Below the pieces are notes generated by a model. That model was not told the origin of the DNA. It saw only the letters and a program-made list of their open reading frames with translations, and did no database searches. Shown piece by piece: positions 1 to 12,391 of a stretch of 64,000 bases of DNA. The stretch spans positions 21,886,001 through 21,950,000 of the forward strand of contig OZ320317.1 in assembly GCA_976226885.1 (NCBI GenBank). Reading direction: 5' to 3'. The position numbers and the translations under genes were made by a program. This stretch comes from Iphione sp. A-MEVVRFRX5 (lineage: Eukaryota). Each line of letters begins with the position of its first letter. Position 1 is the stretch's first letter.

Positions 1-530
1 AGTAGGAGTCCAAAAAGTGCTGAATTTGACGAGTAAGAGTCCAAAAAGTGCTGAATTTGACGAGCAAGAGTCCAAAATATACTGAATTTGATGAGTAGGA
101 GTCCAAAAAGTGCTTGGGGGGTTATTCATGTCTACCTTTGAAATTGACTTCTCAGGCCTCCCTGGAGCCCCAAATTCGCGCCCCCTACAACACTCTGTTC
201 ACAGGGTTTATTCATCTCTACCTTTGAAAATGACTTCTCAGGCCTCCCTGGAGCCCCAAATTTGCACGACAACACTCTGTTCACAGGGTTTATTCATGTC
301 TACCTTTGAAAATGACTTCTCAGGCCTTCCTAAAGCCCCAAATTCGCGCGACAATACCCTGTTCACAGGATGAAAATGAGGTGTCCATAGAGAGACGCTC
401 TGTAAAATTAGCTGTCCTGATTAGAGACATCCCCTTATAATGGTTAACTATAGGAAACATTTCTGTTCTGCTTCAAATCATTGGAGACGTGTCCGCTTCC
501 GAGACGCGTCCGCAGGCAGGGAGTGTACTG
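1..530 (+). mobile_element. Partial TIR element (TA-CAGT type MITE) with internal 31-bp and ~84-bp tandem arrays
   Basis: Four 31-bp units (1-115, gagtccaaaaagtgctgaatttgac...), three 82-86-bp units (116-365), right end ...gagtgtactg|ta at 530. Homologous inverted copy at 6715-7203. Confidence 0.7.
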
Positions 531-826
531 TACATGTACCTGGGCTGGCCTGGGATGAAGAACTGCCAGTGGGCAGGACATTTACTGTGAAGGTGTATTT
601 TTCCTGAAACTTTAAATTGAAACACTACCCATGCACTGATGAAGACAGGTTGACTGTCGAAAGCTTGAGTTTGGAATATTGGATGTCCTGGTTTGAATCA
701 ATACACTACAGTTTGGAAATCTGCATTTTGGTTTTGCTACCACTATATGTTCACACTTAATCGTTGGTACCCATCCAGAGAATGGGCACTGCACTGGGTG
801 GGAGAACAACAAACGGGGGGCCTCAC

Positions 827-987
827 CACAATGTCCCCCTCCTGCGGCTGTTGGGAGAGTTTGGCTATGAGCTCGTTGTTGTGGTAGAGGCTGCCGTCAT
901 GCCGAAGCACCCAGCTGTCCATGTCCCGGCCTAAGGGCACGGTGTGCAGGTTACACTTCCGGGTCGACACACCTACGCCCCAGACAC
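827..987 (-). CDS. SPRYD7: SPRYD7 coding exon 3 (161 nt)
   Basis: TTGTAG acceptor, GTGAG donor; encodes VWGVGVST...PLGRDMDSW...QEGDIV. Confidence 0.95.
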
Positions 988-1729
988 CTACAAGGAGAGG
1001 GGAGACCAAAACACAACCAGATTTAAAAAAAGAGATAGAGAGAAAGAAGGTTTTAGCATTCTGGAACTTTCATCGGGAAGAATATCATATTGTATGGTTC
1101 ACTGTTATTTTATTGATATCTTTATTTAACCTGATGATTGTTTACAAAAAGTATGTTATATCAGGACAGTCCTACTGCAAATTTCAACGACATAATCAAC
1201 GCCCAAGGTTATGTCCAAGGTTACCATGTGGAGAGAGTCCATGGAAAGATTCGGTCTAAATAATGTGGTGTATTTGAAGGTATCTTTCAAAGATAATTTC
1301 TGGGAACTATGCATGCAGTTTACTTAAAACCTTACTTATGCCATATATATCACCAAAAAAAAAGAAACACACACAAAACTGTTTATCAAAATAATGTCGT
1401 GTTCTCAAAATACTGCAGTTAAGTTCTAAAGTGCGGACGTACAAACTCAATAAAAGTCATGCAAGACATTGACTGAAACAAAACTGATCAATGGCCGATT
1501 TCTCTCACCCGCTGACTGTAACTTTATCTCAAAGTAGGCTTTGTTCTGTACAATGGGAGCGTTGCCGAGAGCTGCACCCGTGCCACAAATCCTTCGACCA
1601 TTCTTCACAATAACTACGTCATTTCCTGCAACGATAACAAAATTGACAAGAGATGAAAAAAGAGGAAATTCTTTAAAACAAGTGGTTGATTTTAGAGAGA
1701 GATAGAGATAGACAGAGAGTGAGAAATAG

Positions 1730-1808
<79 letters not shown>

Positions 1809-4800
1809 GAGAGATGAAGAAAGTGGCCCTTAACCATGTCTTTCATAATGTTCACCTCATCTGGAAGATCAGTATCAGTCGACAGAACAGGTGATAGCTA
1901 GAACAGTTGTACATGTACTTTAAATAGTTCATATGCTACGTGCCAACATTTGTTCTGTGCTAAAGAAGAACTGAAAAGCGGAAAAGGAAAAGCCAAAGGT
2001 GAAAAAAAACAGATCGGAAGAGACCGACAGAAAGAGAACATCAGAAAGAACGACAACATGACAGGGAGATAAAATGGTGAGATGGCATGGACAGACAATG
2101 CAACAGAATGGCAGACAGAAGGACATTGAAGACGGGTGGCATCTAAGAGAACGAGCGGGTGGGGGACTGAAAGGGAAACAGAAGTAGTGCGACAAAATGG
2201 GACAAAGACACAAAAGAATGGAGAGAATCATGAGCGTGGAGCGAGATACGAACAGGAAATTCCAGGAAGCAACAGACAGACAGACAGACAGAATAGGACG
2301 AGAGGAACGCAGGAGAGAGAAACAGCTAGGACAATGCACAGACAGAAGAAGAGGAAACAAAGAAATAGTTAGGAAGTAAAGGAAAAGAGATCTATTACAC
2401 AGATTTTCACATTGCTCATGCTATTGAGCTTGGGACATACAGTCAACTCAGTATCCGAAATTTAATCATCTTCTGAACGAATTTTCTTGACAGAGACAGG
2501 CATTTAAGAGAGAAACAGCTAGGACAGTGCACAGACAGAAGAAGTGGAAACAAAGAAAGAGAGAGGAAGTAAGGAAAAGAGATATTTTTTTACAGATTTT
2601 CACATTGCTCATGCTGTTGAGCTTGAGGTATACAGTCCACTAGATATCCGAATTTACTCATTTTCCGAACGAATTTTCTTAACCGAAACAGGCATTTAAC
2701 TCCAGTCATCTCTCTTAAAGATTAGATCACAGAGGAGACCAGATTGGGTGAGGGACTGCTTTTTGATAGAACCAAAAATATTATTTCATTAGAAAAGGAG
2801 ACCACAGAGAAAACAGGGACCAGATTTGTCCAGCCCAACAGGTGGTCTTCTATGGAAGAGAGTCAGTTGTATAAGCTAATATGACTCATCTAAATTAACT
2901 CGTTTTATGAATGAGCATTTGGATACTGAGTCCTGGATAGAGACGATGCTTATGTTTTAGTTCATGAAGACTTCTCTGGTCTTTTGGGGAGAGGTCTAGG
3001 TGTGTTTTGTTTTTTTTCACGCAGAGGGAAGGTCTTTTGCTTGCGCAGACCAGTGTGTGAGTGAATGGAAAAAGAAGTGATAACTAGCAAATTTGATGAG
3101 AATAGCATCAAAAACTGGCGAAGTACACTGGAAAAAGCAAAGAAACTGGAAAGTTTGATGGGAATAGTCGCAAAAACTGGTGAAATTCACTGGAAAAAGT
3201 ATGAAAACTGTCAAATATAATAGGAATATTGGCAAAACTGTCAAATTTCACTGGAAAAAAGTAGGAAAATCGGCAGGTATGTGCACACATGAGCAACATG
3301 TGCAAACACATGTATACAGAAACATGTGTTTTTGCTTCAGTTAACATAGATTTGCTCATTTCCAAGCAACAAGCACACCTGGGAGCATCCGGGTGTGTCT
3401 GAAATGATTAAACATGTTATTAAACATGTTTGAAACGAACATATGCATGGAAACACACCTAAACACATACGTGCAGTCATTATAGAACACAGACCTGAAT
3501 GAAATTAACCTGTCCTATAATTAATACGGGGGCGAACGTATCTGCAAGGTCTCATGCAAATAGAAACTGGGCCTAATATGGACATGTCTCAATTAGAAAC
3601 AGTTTTGCAAGGAACTAAATGTGTCCCTATTGGAGACGACCCACCGTGACTTCATGAATGTGGAGTTTGGCATTAATTTCTAAGGTTTCTGAAAGAGTAT
3701 CCACAGTAAACTAAAGAAACTACCTCTACAACGTATGATTATGAACAAGCAGGGTCAAATTCACATTGAATAGATCCAGGATAAATAAACAATTTTTTTA
3801 ATCCGTGAATTTCAGTATTTGCCTCAATACATTAATGGCATATAATACAATGATTTATCATATTATACCGAGTATCGAAATCCATGCAACTGTGTAGATG
3901 ATATTGAGAAACTCGCACATGAAAATGTTTAACCTACAAGGTTTTTTGAAAAATTTCATTAGGACGTAAGCCCTGTCTAATACATTAATACTTAATTTGG
4001 GGGGTTTAACTGTCGCATAGGGAGTAGCATACAAGCGGCAATTCAGGGAGATCAAGGAAGACCAGAACCAAACAGATCGTACTGTTCATCAATTCCTCCT
4101 CACTCCAGAGTATCTGGGATCATATAACTACCTGATATAACCTAGCAACAGTTGAATCAGCTGTAAATAGTCTGCACACACAGACTGAGGAACAATTGGA
4201 GAGATACTGAATAATTCATATCATATGGACAGATCTCATGTTAAGAACGCATACCACCCACTGAGATCAGAAATGAACTACGCCACATATACAGGTTCAC
4301 TAACTCTGAATGTGACGCTTAATGAGACACCACACTGAAACTGTGAGACCTACTCATTATAAAAGGGAATTGATATACATGTCACAACTACAGATCCAAT
4401 AGTTCATGCATCACAATAACATACATTGTCATAGCAACGTGTTTATTGATCATGTGACATTACCATGACAATATTCTCCCAAATGAAAGCAGCCACTTCA
4501 AACTCCAGTCACCTATATACTTCTTTTGTGCTAATAATACTAAAATCATGTAGTTATTTATGATGGTGAATTGATAATTGTGAACACATCCCCCCCCCTT
4601 TCATCACGAACAAGTGTGCATATATGAATACCGGAGGACGCGGAGGCCCTTCCGGCCTCCATTACTAATTTAACCTGCAGACAAGAATACAATGCTAATT
4701 TAAATATATTTAGGAATGCACTTCCGTGGTTATTTTACTCCCTTTGTAGTTTGCTACAGAGATGCAAACTGCTCTGGCACAAGGTACATTTGTCTCCTCG

Positions 4801-7800
4801 CATTTAACGGTATTCACCATAAAATAAAATGCGCCCAGTAGACTTCCTTAAGTAATCGAACATTCATCTTTTAAGAAGTTTAGTTTTTGTGTCAATATCT
4901 ATGTTTNNNNNNNNNNNNNNNNNNNNNNNNNNNNNNNNNNNNNNNNNNNNNNNNNNNNNNNNNNNNNNNNNNNNNNNNNNNNNNNNNNNNNNNNNNNNNN
5001 NNNNNNNNNNNNNNNNNNNNNNNNNNNNNNNNNNNNNNNNNNNNNNNNNNNNNNNNNNNNNNNNNNNNNNNNNNNNNNNNNNNNNNNNNNNNNNNNNNNN
5101 NNNNNNNNNNNNNNNNNNNNNNNNNNNNNNNNNNNNNNNNNNNNNNNNNNNNNNNNNCGAATGTGTACAACGCGAGGATCAACAGCTGATTAGATGATCT
5201 GCGTGGATGGAGACTCATTTATCAGAATGCAATTAGTATCATGGCCGACTTATACGATTTTTATGCATCCTTTTTCGTACCACTTGGACTGTAACTGTGC
5301 TCAGAAAGGGCCCACATTTTGTAACTCATGAATCCATATCGACTAAATAGAAGAGGGTGGTCTATAGACTCGAGATCGGAAACGGATCTCGGAGTAGGGG
5401 GGTTGCGGTGGTGGTGGTGGTGGCCTAGGGGTGGGGGGGGGGGCATGGGCCCCCAATCTGTCAAAGTAGGGCGACCGTGAACTATCACTTGACATTCAAT
5501 TTTCATCCCGACATAAATCGATTAACCCCAAGCTGCAGAGTTTAACCAAACGGCATGAAATTAGCCAAACTAAACAACATGAAAAGCATGAGGCGTAAGC
5601 AACCTTGGCTAGACGATCAAGTGAAAGCAATTACATGTATGAGAGAATGGGCGAACCTACGCAACACTACATTTCAGCTACATTTATATCCATTCTCAAC
5701 GAGACAAAGTTTAGTTGTATTCATACTCGCCATGTGAAAAAGATGCAGCTTACACAGTTAGGCCAAAAGAAAATAGGTGTGTTTCTGGTAACGACCACCC
5801 AAAAACCTAGGTAAGGAAGGGGGTATCTTTTTTTTTTAAATTTTCTTTCAACTTTCTCCCTCTGGTTTTCAATAATAATAAAGATAATATGAAGAATTTT
5901 TACCAATTTTCAGTTTTTTGCTGAATTTCCATGGATTTTACTGTGTTTCTGCTAAATTTACCAATAACATGTGCTGTGAAAGCATGTATCTAAGAAAATT
6001 CAGCCTTGGAAACTTTTTGAGGCCAAAAATTTTTTAGGTAGGGTGAGGTTTTACTAGGTAGGGGTGGGTTACCAGAAACACACCTATTTTTTGGGGGGCC
6101 TTATGTGCTATAATGTGGTGCTAAATGAAAAAAAAATCTCTCGGTCAACCAATATAGAGATCAGGGGTCCACATACTCAAAGTACAAAATTTGTTTAAAC
6201 ACTGGTTTTGAAGTTCTCCAGAGGTGTCGGCTTCAATAAGAGGACAAGAGTGTGGATCTGCAAGGTATACTGACCTCCACCTAGGTGGTCATTTCATGCT
6301 TGACTGCACCTCCGTTGGTCAGACTGGTACAAGGTGGTGCTGGTAGGAGGGGGACACTGGTAGGTGTGTGCGCATTTGTGTGATTGCATTGTCAGACTTA
6401 AAAATCCCCAAACAGGGTATATATACAGTGGAATCTCAATTTCCGACCACATCGATTTCTGACCTTTCTTGCTATTACAACCAGTTCAGCCTGGCACTAA
6501 AGCTTGGTTTCCTATGGTTAATAATAATCTATTTACGACCAAACCTGCTATTACTACCAATTGAGCTTGGTCCCGAGGCATGGTCGTAAATAGAGACTCT
6601 ACTGTATAGTTGCCTCTCCCCCTGCAGACACGACTACAAATCTGATGTGAATAAAATGCAGACGATTTTTTTTTAAAGAACCGACTTCTTCATACAAAAC
6701 TTATTTAGCTAGACGTTTCTAATCAGGACACCACTTTTTGCAGAGCATCCCTCTGTGGACACATTGTTGAACATTGGGTAAATTTGGGTTAACAGAGAGG
6801 CTTTAGAAGTAATTTTCACAGGTTGACATGAATACTCCCCTGTACACAACATGTTGTTGTGCAAATTTGAGTTAACACGGAGGCTTTAAAAGGACATGTA
6901 GTTTTCACAAGATGACTGCAATATCTTCCTCCACAAAATCTCCCTGTAGACATCTGGACAATACTCGTCAAATTCAGCACTTTTTGGACATTTTGGACTT
7001 TTAGTTATCAAATCCAGCACTTTTTGAACTTTTATTACTCATCAAATTCAGCACATTTTGGACTCAAACTTGTCGAATTCAGCACTTTAAGAGCCTGTTT
7101 GACCCTGTACTAATACTACTCACAGATCTATAATGTGGATGCATCCGAAATTAGGACGGTTTGGGTAAGAACCAAGGGTGTCCAGAATTGAGAGAGTCAA
7201 CTGTATATAATTTGCGGGTGTGGTAGCAAAATAGTAAACTAACATAATTTCACTTTTAAAATACTTGAAATACTCCCGAAATTACCCAGTGCCATGGGTC
7301 CATATATATAAATATCATCTATCAAAATCAGTTTATCTATCACAGCCATGAAAATACACTCACATGGAAATAAGATACATGCAACAAATGCTACATATGG
7401 AGGTCATATTCCTTCAAATAGTGACAGCATGAGTGAAAAATACTCCTAGGGAAGCCCTGGGCATCCTCCAGTGGTTCTCTCACTAATTTTTGTGCAAAAC
7501 ACCAATTTATACACTCTTAGAGAGGTCCTGGCTGCTCCCCTGTGGTGGGCCAACTTGCTGCTCCTCAGAGGTGGGGAAGGGACCACTTGCAGCTGGGGCT
7601 GGCTCGGGAGCACTGCGTGGCTGTGGGGGGCTCCTTCAAGGTTGGGGAGGGACTGCTAATGACCGGGCCGACTTGCTGCTCACTTAGCGGCTGTAGAGGG
7701 GGTCCTTAGAGGAGGGAAAGGGACTCCAGAAGGGTCTGGCAGCCATGGGGGGCGGTTCTTAGAGGCTGGGGAAGGACTGCTACTGATTGGGCTGGTTCAC

Positions 7801-9265
7801 AGCATGCTGCACGCTCCAACCTTGTTCCCTCCTGCTCTAGCCCCCTCCCCATGGGTGATCATAGTTGAAGTCGGCACAGCATGAGTGACATTACCGTCTG
7901 GTTCCCTCCTGCTCTTGAGTGTTAGTGACTGACAGATACCTCATCTAAGTGGAGACTCCACTCCTGGCCACCTCTAGCATTGGAAATGCCATGGAGAAAT
8001 CAGGAAATCTCGTGAGAAGACTTGATCAGATCAACTGTATAACACTTTACCTGCTGGCTCAGACCTCAAAGGCTAGGCCCCTCCCACTTCACTACACTTT
8101 ACATGGCTACATTAATGGAGGTCATATTATCCACTAGCAAGGACAAGACCATCGTGGATATGACCTCCATTGATACAGCCATAAGAACCACAAAGAGAGA
8201 GAATAGTTAATGAACTGACTAAGAAGTGGGGTGTTCCTATAGATCGACTAGCTGTCCCATCGAGATGGTCAGAAATACACAACTGAGGTAAAGGACAAAT
8301 TGGGTTTTTTTGCTTATGGAGGAAGTTGTTTCAGCTGTCAGCTATCACTTGTTGAATAGCTCCTCATCCCTCTACAATAAGGAAGCTAACTTTCGTTGAA
8401 CATAAATGACACATGAACTTGTACAAGCAGTACCTATACTAATATTGCTCAAGTGGGAAATTGTTTTCACATACCACACTTGGAGTGGTGCAATTTTCTG
8501 AAACAACAGCATTAAGAGATAACAAACAGGCCCTAAAAGTATCAGTACATAGTTTTGAAAATGTTTTACTACTGAGCCCCTAACGACTGGCACATAGTCA
8601 CTATCCAGACCATTCAATCTGGTAATATTCACACCACCTTATTTACAGTAACATGGGCCAGACTAAAACCAGCAGTGGTCCCTGTCAACTATCAAGGTTA
8701 GACAAATCGTCACCTGGTCAATCAGTTTATAATGTATGGTTAGACGCATATATATATATATTTCATATTCCACACAATTTTCTGTTCCAGTGCTTTAGAA
8801 TTAGAGGACTTGGGCCAGACAGTGGTTCGCAAATGTACACGTATGCAATCACGACGTTCATGAAATCAAGAAAAGTCGCTCGGGTAGCATCTTGCAGCCG
8901 TCTCTCTAGTATCGTATTATCATTCATCCGCTTACCTGTAGGCATCAACAAGAGTGGTATGTCAGATGCTTGTGATAGCTCTGTCGTGTTCAAGCCTACA
9001 ATGTTCATGGTACGGTACGTCGTTGGGGTGCAGTTAGCCAGTCCGTCAAACTGGTTTGATTCTCCCAGTCGCAGACAGGGAAAAAATCTCGCACGATATG
9101 TGTACAGGGGAACACACTATAACTCTTATGGACGGAGCCTACACACTTACCCATATGAGAAGTGTCCAATTTCACGGACGGGATGTTGGCCAGTTGTACA
9201 TGTCCTGTGTTGAAGCCAGCCCGGTTCCAGCAACAACACCGAGGATAACATATCCAGGCCGCCAT
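827..9265 (-). CDS. SPRYD7: SPRY domain-containing protein 7 (CLLD6/C13orf1 orthologue), 5' part; coding exons 9151-9265, 1509-1625, 827-987; remaining exons lie left of the window
   Basis: Spliced translation MAAWICYPRCCCWNRAGFNTGHVQLANIPSVKLDTSHM/GNDVVIVKNGRRICGTGAALGNAPIVQNKAYFEIKLQSA/GVWGVGVSTRKCNLHTVPLGRDMDSWVLRHDGSLYHNNELIAKLSQQPQEGDIV closely matches vertebrate SPRYD7 (DTQHMGTDVVIVKNGRRICGTGG...PLGRDMHS...PQEGDVV). All introns GT-AG, phases 1,1,0. Confidence 0.95.
1509..1625 (-). CDS. SPRYD7: SPRYD7 coding exon 2 (117 nt)
   Basis: TGCAG acceptor, GTGAG donor; encodes NDVVIVKNGRRICGTG...FEIKLQSA; absent from the ORF track. Confidence 0.95.
1728..1813. repeat. (GATA)n/(GA)n microsatellite
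   Basis: Direct reading. Confidence 0.95.
2315..2699. repeat. Tandem duplication of ~193 bp
   Basis: gagagaaacagctaggaca...caggcatttaa at about 2315-2507 and 2508-2699. Confidence 0.85.
3095..3270. repeat. Degenerate 31-bp tandem array with a 62-bp higher-order alternation
   Basis: aaaactg anchors at about 3111, 3142, 3173, 3204, 3234; alternate units carry cactggaaaaag or ggaata. Confidence 0.7.
4907..5157. other. Assembly gap (251 N)
   Basis: Run of n. Confidence 1.
5761..6100. mobile_element. MITE with TTA TSD (PIF/Harbinger- or Zator-like)
   Basis: tta|ggcc...aaaataggtgtgtttctggtaac ... gttaccagaaacacacctatttt...ggcc|tta; second copy at 32100-32473. Confidence 0.85.
6426..6604. mobile_element. 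Short MITE, TA TSD (Tc1/mariner-pogo-like ends)
   Basis: ta|cagtggaatctcaatttccgacca ... tggtcgtaaatagagactctactg|ta; imperfect ~24-bp TIR. Confidence 0.75.
6715..7203 (-). mobile_element. Inverted, more diverged copy of the 31/84-bp-array element
   Basis: Reverse complement of 6715-6770 matches 368-428 (gtgtccac/tagag...gctctg...tgtcctgattaga). Inverted 84-bp-like units at 6780-6960 and 31-bp units at 6963-7088; end gtcaactg|ta. Confidence 0.7.
9151..9265 (-). CDS. SPRYD7: SPRYD7 coding exon 1 (115 nt)
   Basis: ATG at 9265-9263 in ATTATGG context; donor G|GTAAGT at 9150. Confidence 0.92.
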
Positions 9266-9277
9266 AATCGCTCAGAT

Positions 9278-9298
9278 GGGAATCCCCTTCTGACGTCA
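9278..9298. promoter_or_regulatory. Adjacent kappa-B-consensus site (GGGAATCCCC) and perfect CRE (TGACGTCA) just upstream of the SPRYD7 start codon
   Basis: GGGAATCCCC at 9278-9287 and TGACGTCA at 9291-9298, 13-33 nt 5' of the ATG; motif match only. Confidence 0.4.
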
Positions 9299-9766
9299 TC
9301 GACAAGAAAAACGAGGCAGCTGAAAGACGGGAGTCCTAAATGTCAGATTGTCATGCGATAGGATAGGATTGTGCCTTTGCTAGTCGTCTATGGATTTTTT
9401 TCTGCGGTGGCTGTTTTTACATCGATGAAAGGTTATTGATCTTATTTAGTTTAAAAAAACACATGAGATATGTGCAGCAGCATTTTTACAGTTATGAATG
9501 GCCCCAATAAAAAACCAAAAACTATAGTCTCTCGACTCTCGTTGACCCTCTCCAGCCCGGGCCCACCCACACACACACAGTCAAAATGAGTCCAGCATGT
9601 TCTCAACTGTCAGAATACCCTCTCCACACGTCACTCCATTTTCGCGACAAAAAAATCCTTCTGAAAGAAAACGCTGACATTTGGTCAACAGGAAACATCC
9701 TCTCCCCCCTTCTTTTCCTTACCAAATACATGTAATTTACTTTCTCAACTTAAAATACCGTAGGTA

Positions 9767-10658
9767 CCATTAACGGGGGCTACTTGAACGTTTTGGATAG
9801 GAGCTATATATGTTTAATTTGTTGTTAAACTTAAAGTGTGGGTTGAAGTTACCCAGGCACCAGGACTACTTTGACCCACACCATATCATCTCAATCTTAA
9901 AAATGACTTTTTTTAGCATGATTTTGTGATAATTTGTTGTGTTTCTTTTGTTTTTTTTTTTTATTATAGCACCTTTCTCATTCTATTCCCACAATTTACA
10001 TTTCATTTAAAATGAAATAAAGGGAGCCACTCATATAAAAGGAGAGTGTAGTTCAAAGTGACCCCATAACCTGGGTAATTTTGACCTTTTTTCATCTTTT
10101 TAATCTTTTCTCATTCTTTTAAAAGATTCGTTATTCATTTTATTTTCAAGAATAAAATTTCTTGTATAAGTTAAAGGCCTTACAAGAGTCACAATAATTA
10201 TAACTACATGTAGTAGGTCAAAGTTACCGTACCCCAATACCAGTAGGTCAAAGTTACCAGTACCGTACCCCACAAAAACTTTTGATAAGATCATGATTTT
10301 AAAAGTCAACAAAATGGATACCACAGATCTTTCATTGAGTGATATTATTCTAAATATTAGAAAGCAATGACGACTTGCAAAACAGGAAGATTTGTGTTCC
10401 TTAGTACCTACTTTAGCAGAAGAAAGTTTGGAAAACAGGAAAAAAAACGAGAAAAAATATTTAAATGTGCCCCATCGTTGTTTAGTAATGGGTACATGTA
10501 ATAATTACCTTTAATACGCAAGCTTAACTCATAGATTTATCATTTAACTGTAAAAAATATCAATGTTCTATGTTACTTTTACAGGAGAAAAGAGGTAGTG
10601 TTTTTCCCAGGTGCAGGTGCAAGTTACCCATGGGGGTCAAAGTAACCCTGGATTATGG
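9767..10658. mobile_element. ~0.9-kb MITE with TA TSD upstream of SPRYD7
   Basis: ta|ccattaacgggggctacttgaac ... ggtcaaagtaaccctggattatgg|ta; repeated internal ggtcaaagt(t/g)acc motifs in both orientations. Confidence 0.65.
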
Positions 10659-11239
10659 TACCATATATGCCTACCCACCTACTCCCAATGCTAAAATCGA
10701 ATATTTTTGAATGACACATTCATTTCCAGCTGTGAAAGAATAAATTATTTATTAAAACGTTTGTTTTATGTTGGACAAATTAGGAAAGAGGCTATGTCAA
10801 TAATAGCTGAAAATCAATCCAATAATGACAAAAGTTCATTCCGTGTAAAGAAGACGGGCTGAAAACACAAAGGGTGGTGAAGATATGTTCCCTTTGTTTA
10901 TTGGCTAGATCTTCATGAATTGCATCCAATTAGAAAAAGTCATTGAAATAGCCCCAAAACAGACTCCAAAGCCTTGTGAAGATTACTGGCACCAACAACG
11001 GTGCAAATGCTAACACTTGGAAGGTCTGCCTTTGATAAACCCAGGAATCATTCTATCATGTGGAATTATGTTATGTTATGACGGGTGCACGGTCGATCTA
11101 TGGAGGCAAGGAAGAAGTTTGTTTCTTGAAGTAATCATGCTGCTGACTAGAAAAGATTCATTTTGAAATGTTGGAAAAGGACAGGAGTTCCGTGATATTT
11201 AATTGGACCAATCACCTGATGCCAGATGGTGTGCATAAG

Positions 11240-11400
11240 CATGCCCTTAGCCAAGGGGGGTATCGGGGGTATTGTCCAATACCCTCCACAGCCATTAATA
11301 TCTATTGGCCTTTATAGGGATGGGAAAACGGTTCTGCCCCTGTGGTATCAGGGTATCGTCAGATACCCCCCACACACAAAACCTCCTGGTTATGGGCCTG
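11240..11400. mobile_element. 161-bp TIR element with 5-bp TSD (ATAAG)
   Basis: ataag|catgcccttagccaagggg ... cctggttatgggcctg|ataag. Confidence 0.75.
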
Positions 11401-12391
11401 ATAAGGATGATCTAGTTATAGGCATCTTTGACATTCAAGTGGCTGTTTGTGATGACTGCCACCTTAAGCACCCCATTTTCTCACTACTGTAGTTTTGTCA
11501 GCTCCGTACCAAAGTATACAGAACCTTGACTTTCCTTAATTATGTTATCTACACATATGCCAAACCATATTCTGCTACCTATTGTAATTTTAGAGAACTG
11601 GGTTGACAAAGCAAACTCTCTTTCTTCAAGTCTGTCATGTCTGCCACATGCATATTGTTTGTTGAAGGAGGCGCTTTGTGTCCCATGTGCTCATTTTGGT
11701 TGCTAGGGGAACAGGCCACGCCCCTTCCAAAAGGGTAAAACGTGTTATCAAAGGGCCTAGGTGATGGGTCCATTAGCTGAACTTTTCTGTTTTGCTTTGG
11801 TGAGATTGTGACAAGTTGTGAGGATATGGCTGTAAGCTACATTCCCCTTACTCTGATTACACCTCTGCAGGCAATCCCGGACCGAGGAAAACTTTTGCAA
11901 CAGCCGGAGCTGGATGCTTGATTTGTTGCCTCCATGTTTCCATAACTCGAGTTGAAACTCCTCTCCCAGTTGAAAACCTAACCTGGTTGGCTGAAACCTG
12001 CCACAGCATTTGTGAGATTTATGATTTTCACTGTCACAAAATTTGTCATGTAACATAATCAGTGCATCTCCACAGCATATATGCAAATTCCACCTCACGT
12101 TTGGTAAATTTTGTTTGATTACAAAATACTGACCACATCCATGGAGGTGACCTCGTCGTCTCTGCGAGGGGGCCGCCCCTGGTGATGGACTCTCTCTCTC
12201 TTCCTCTCTCTCACCAAAGAGGGTAGACGGCAGGACAGCATGGACAGAGGGTAGGATGACAGTGATAGAAGGCAAAATGACATTGGTAGAGTCAGGTTGG
12301 TGGGGGTAGATGGCAGGATGGCATTGGTGGAAGGTGGGAGAACAGCAACAGACGGCACGATGACAACAATAGAGTCATGTTGGTAGGGGTA

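Noticed and set aside
636-662. Hammerhead-like CTGATGA-A-GACAG-gttga-CTGTC-GAAA
   Set aside because: Extra A in the core and no convincing stem I or stem III partner on either side.
1673-2379. ORFs over GA/CT microsatellites (also at 17660-17954 and 44332-44894)
   Set aside because: Translations of simple repeats.
4147-4176. Minus-strand CRLFTADSTV resembling a LINE xADD motif
   Set aside because: No flanking GVPQG or W..FN motifs could be read; too short to call.
4642-4668. GGAGGCC hairpin followed by CTAA as a Helitron 3' end
   Set aside because: Spacing is only 4 nt and no 5' TC end or second copy was found.
4887-5218. ORFs spanning the N run
   Set aside because: Artefacts of the assembly gap.
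5555-5737. KQPWLDDQVKAI resembling the LINE ORF2 linker PW motif
   Set aside because: Single short motif with no endonuclease or RT context.
8653-9213. 186-aa plus-strand ORF overlapping SPRYD7 exon 1
   Set aside because: No recognisable homology; antisense to a well-supported exon.
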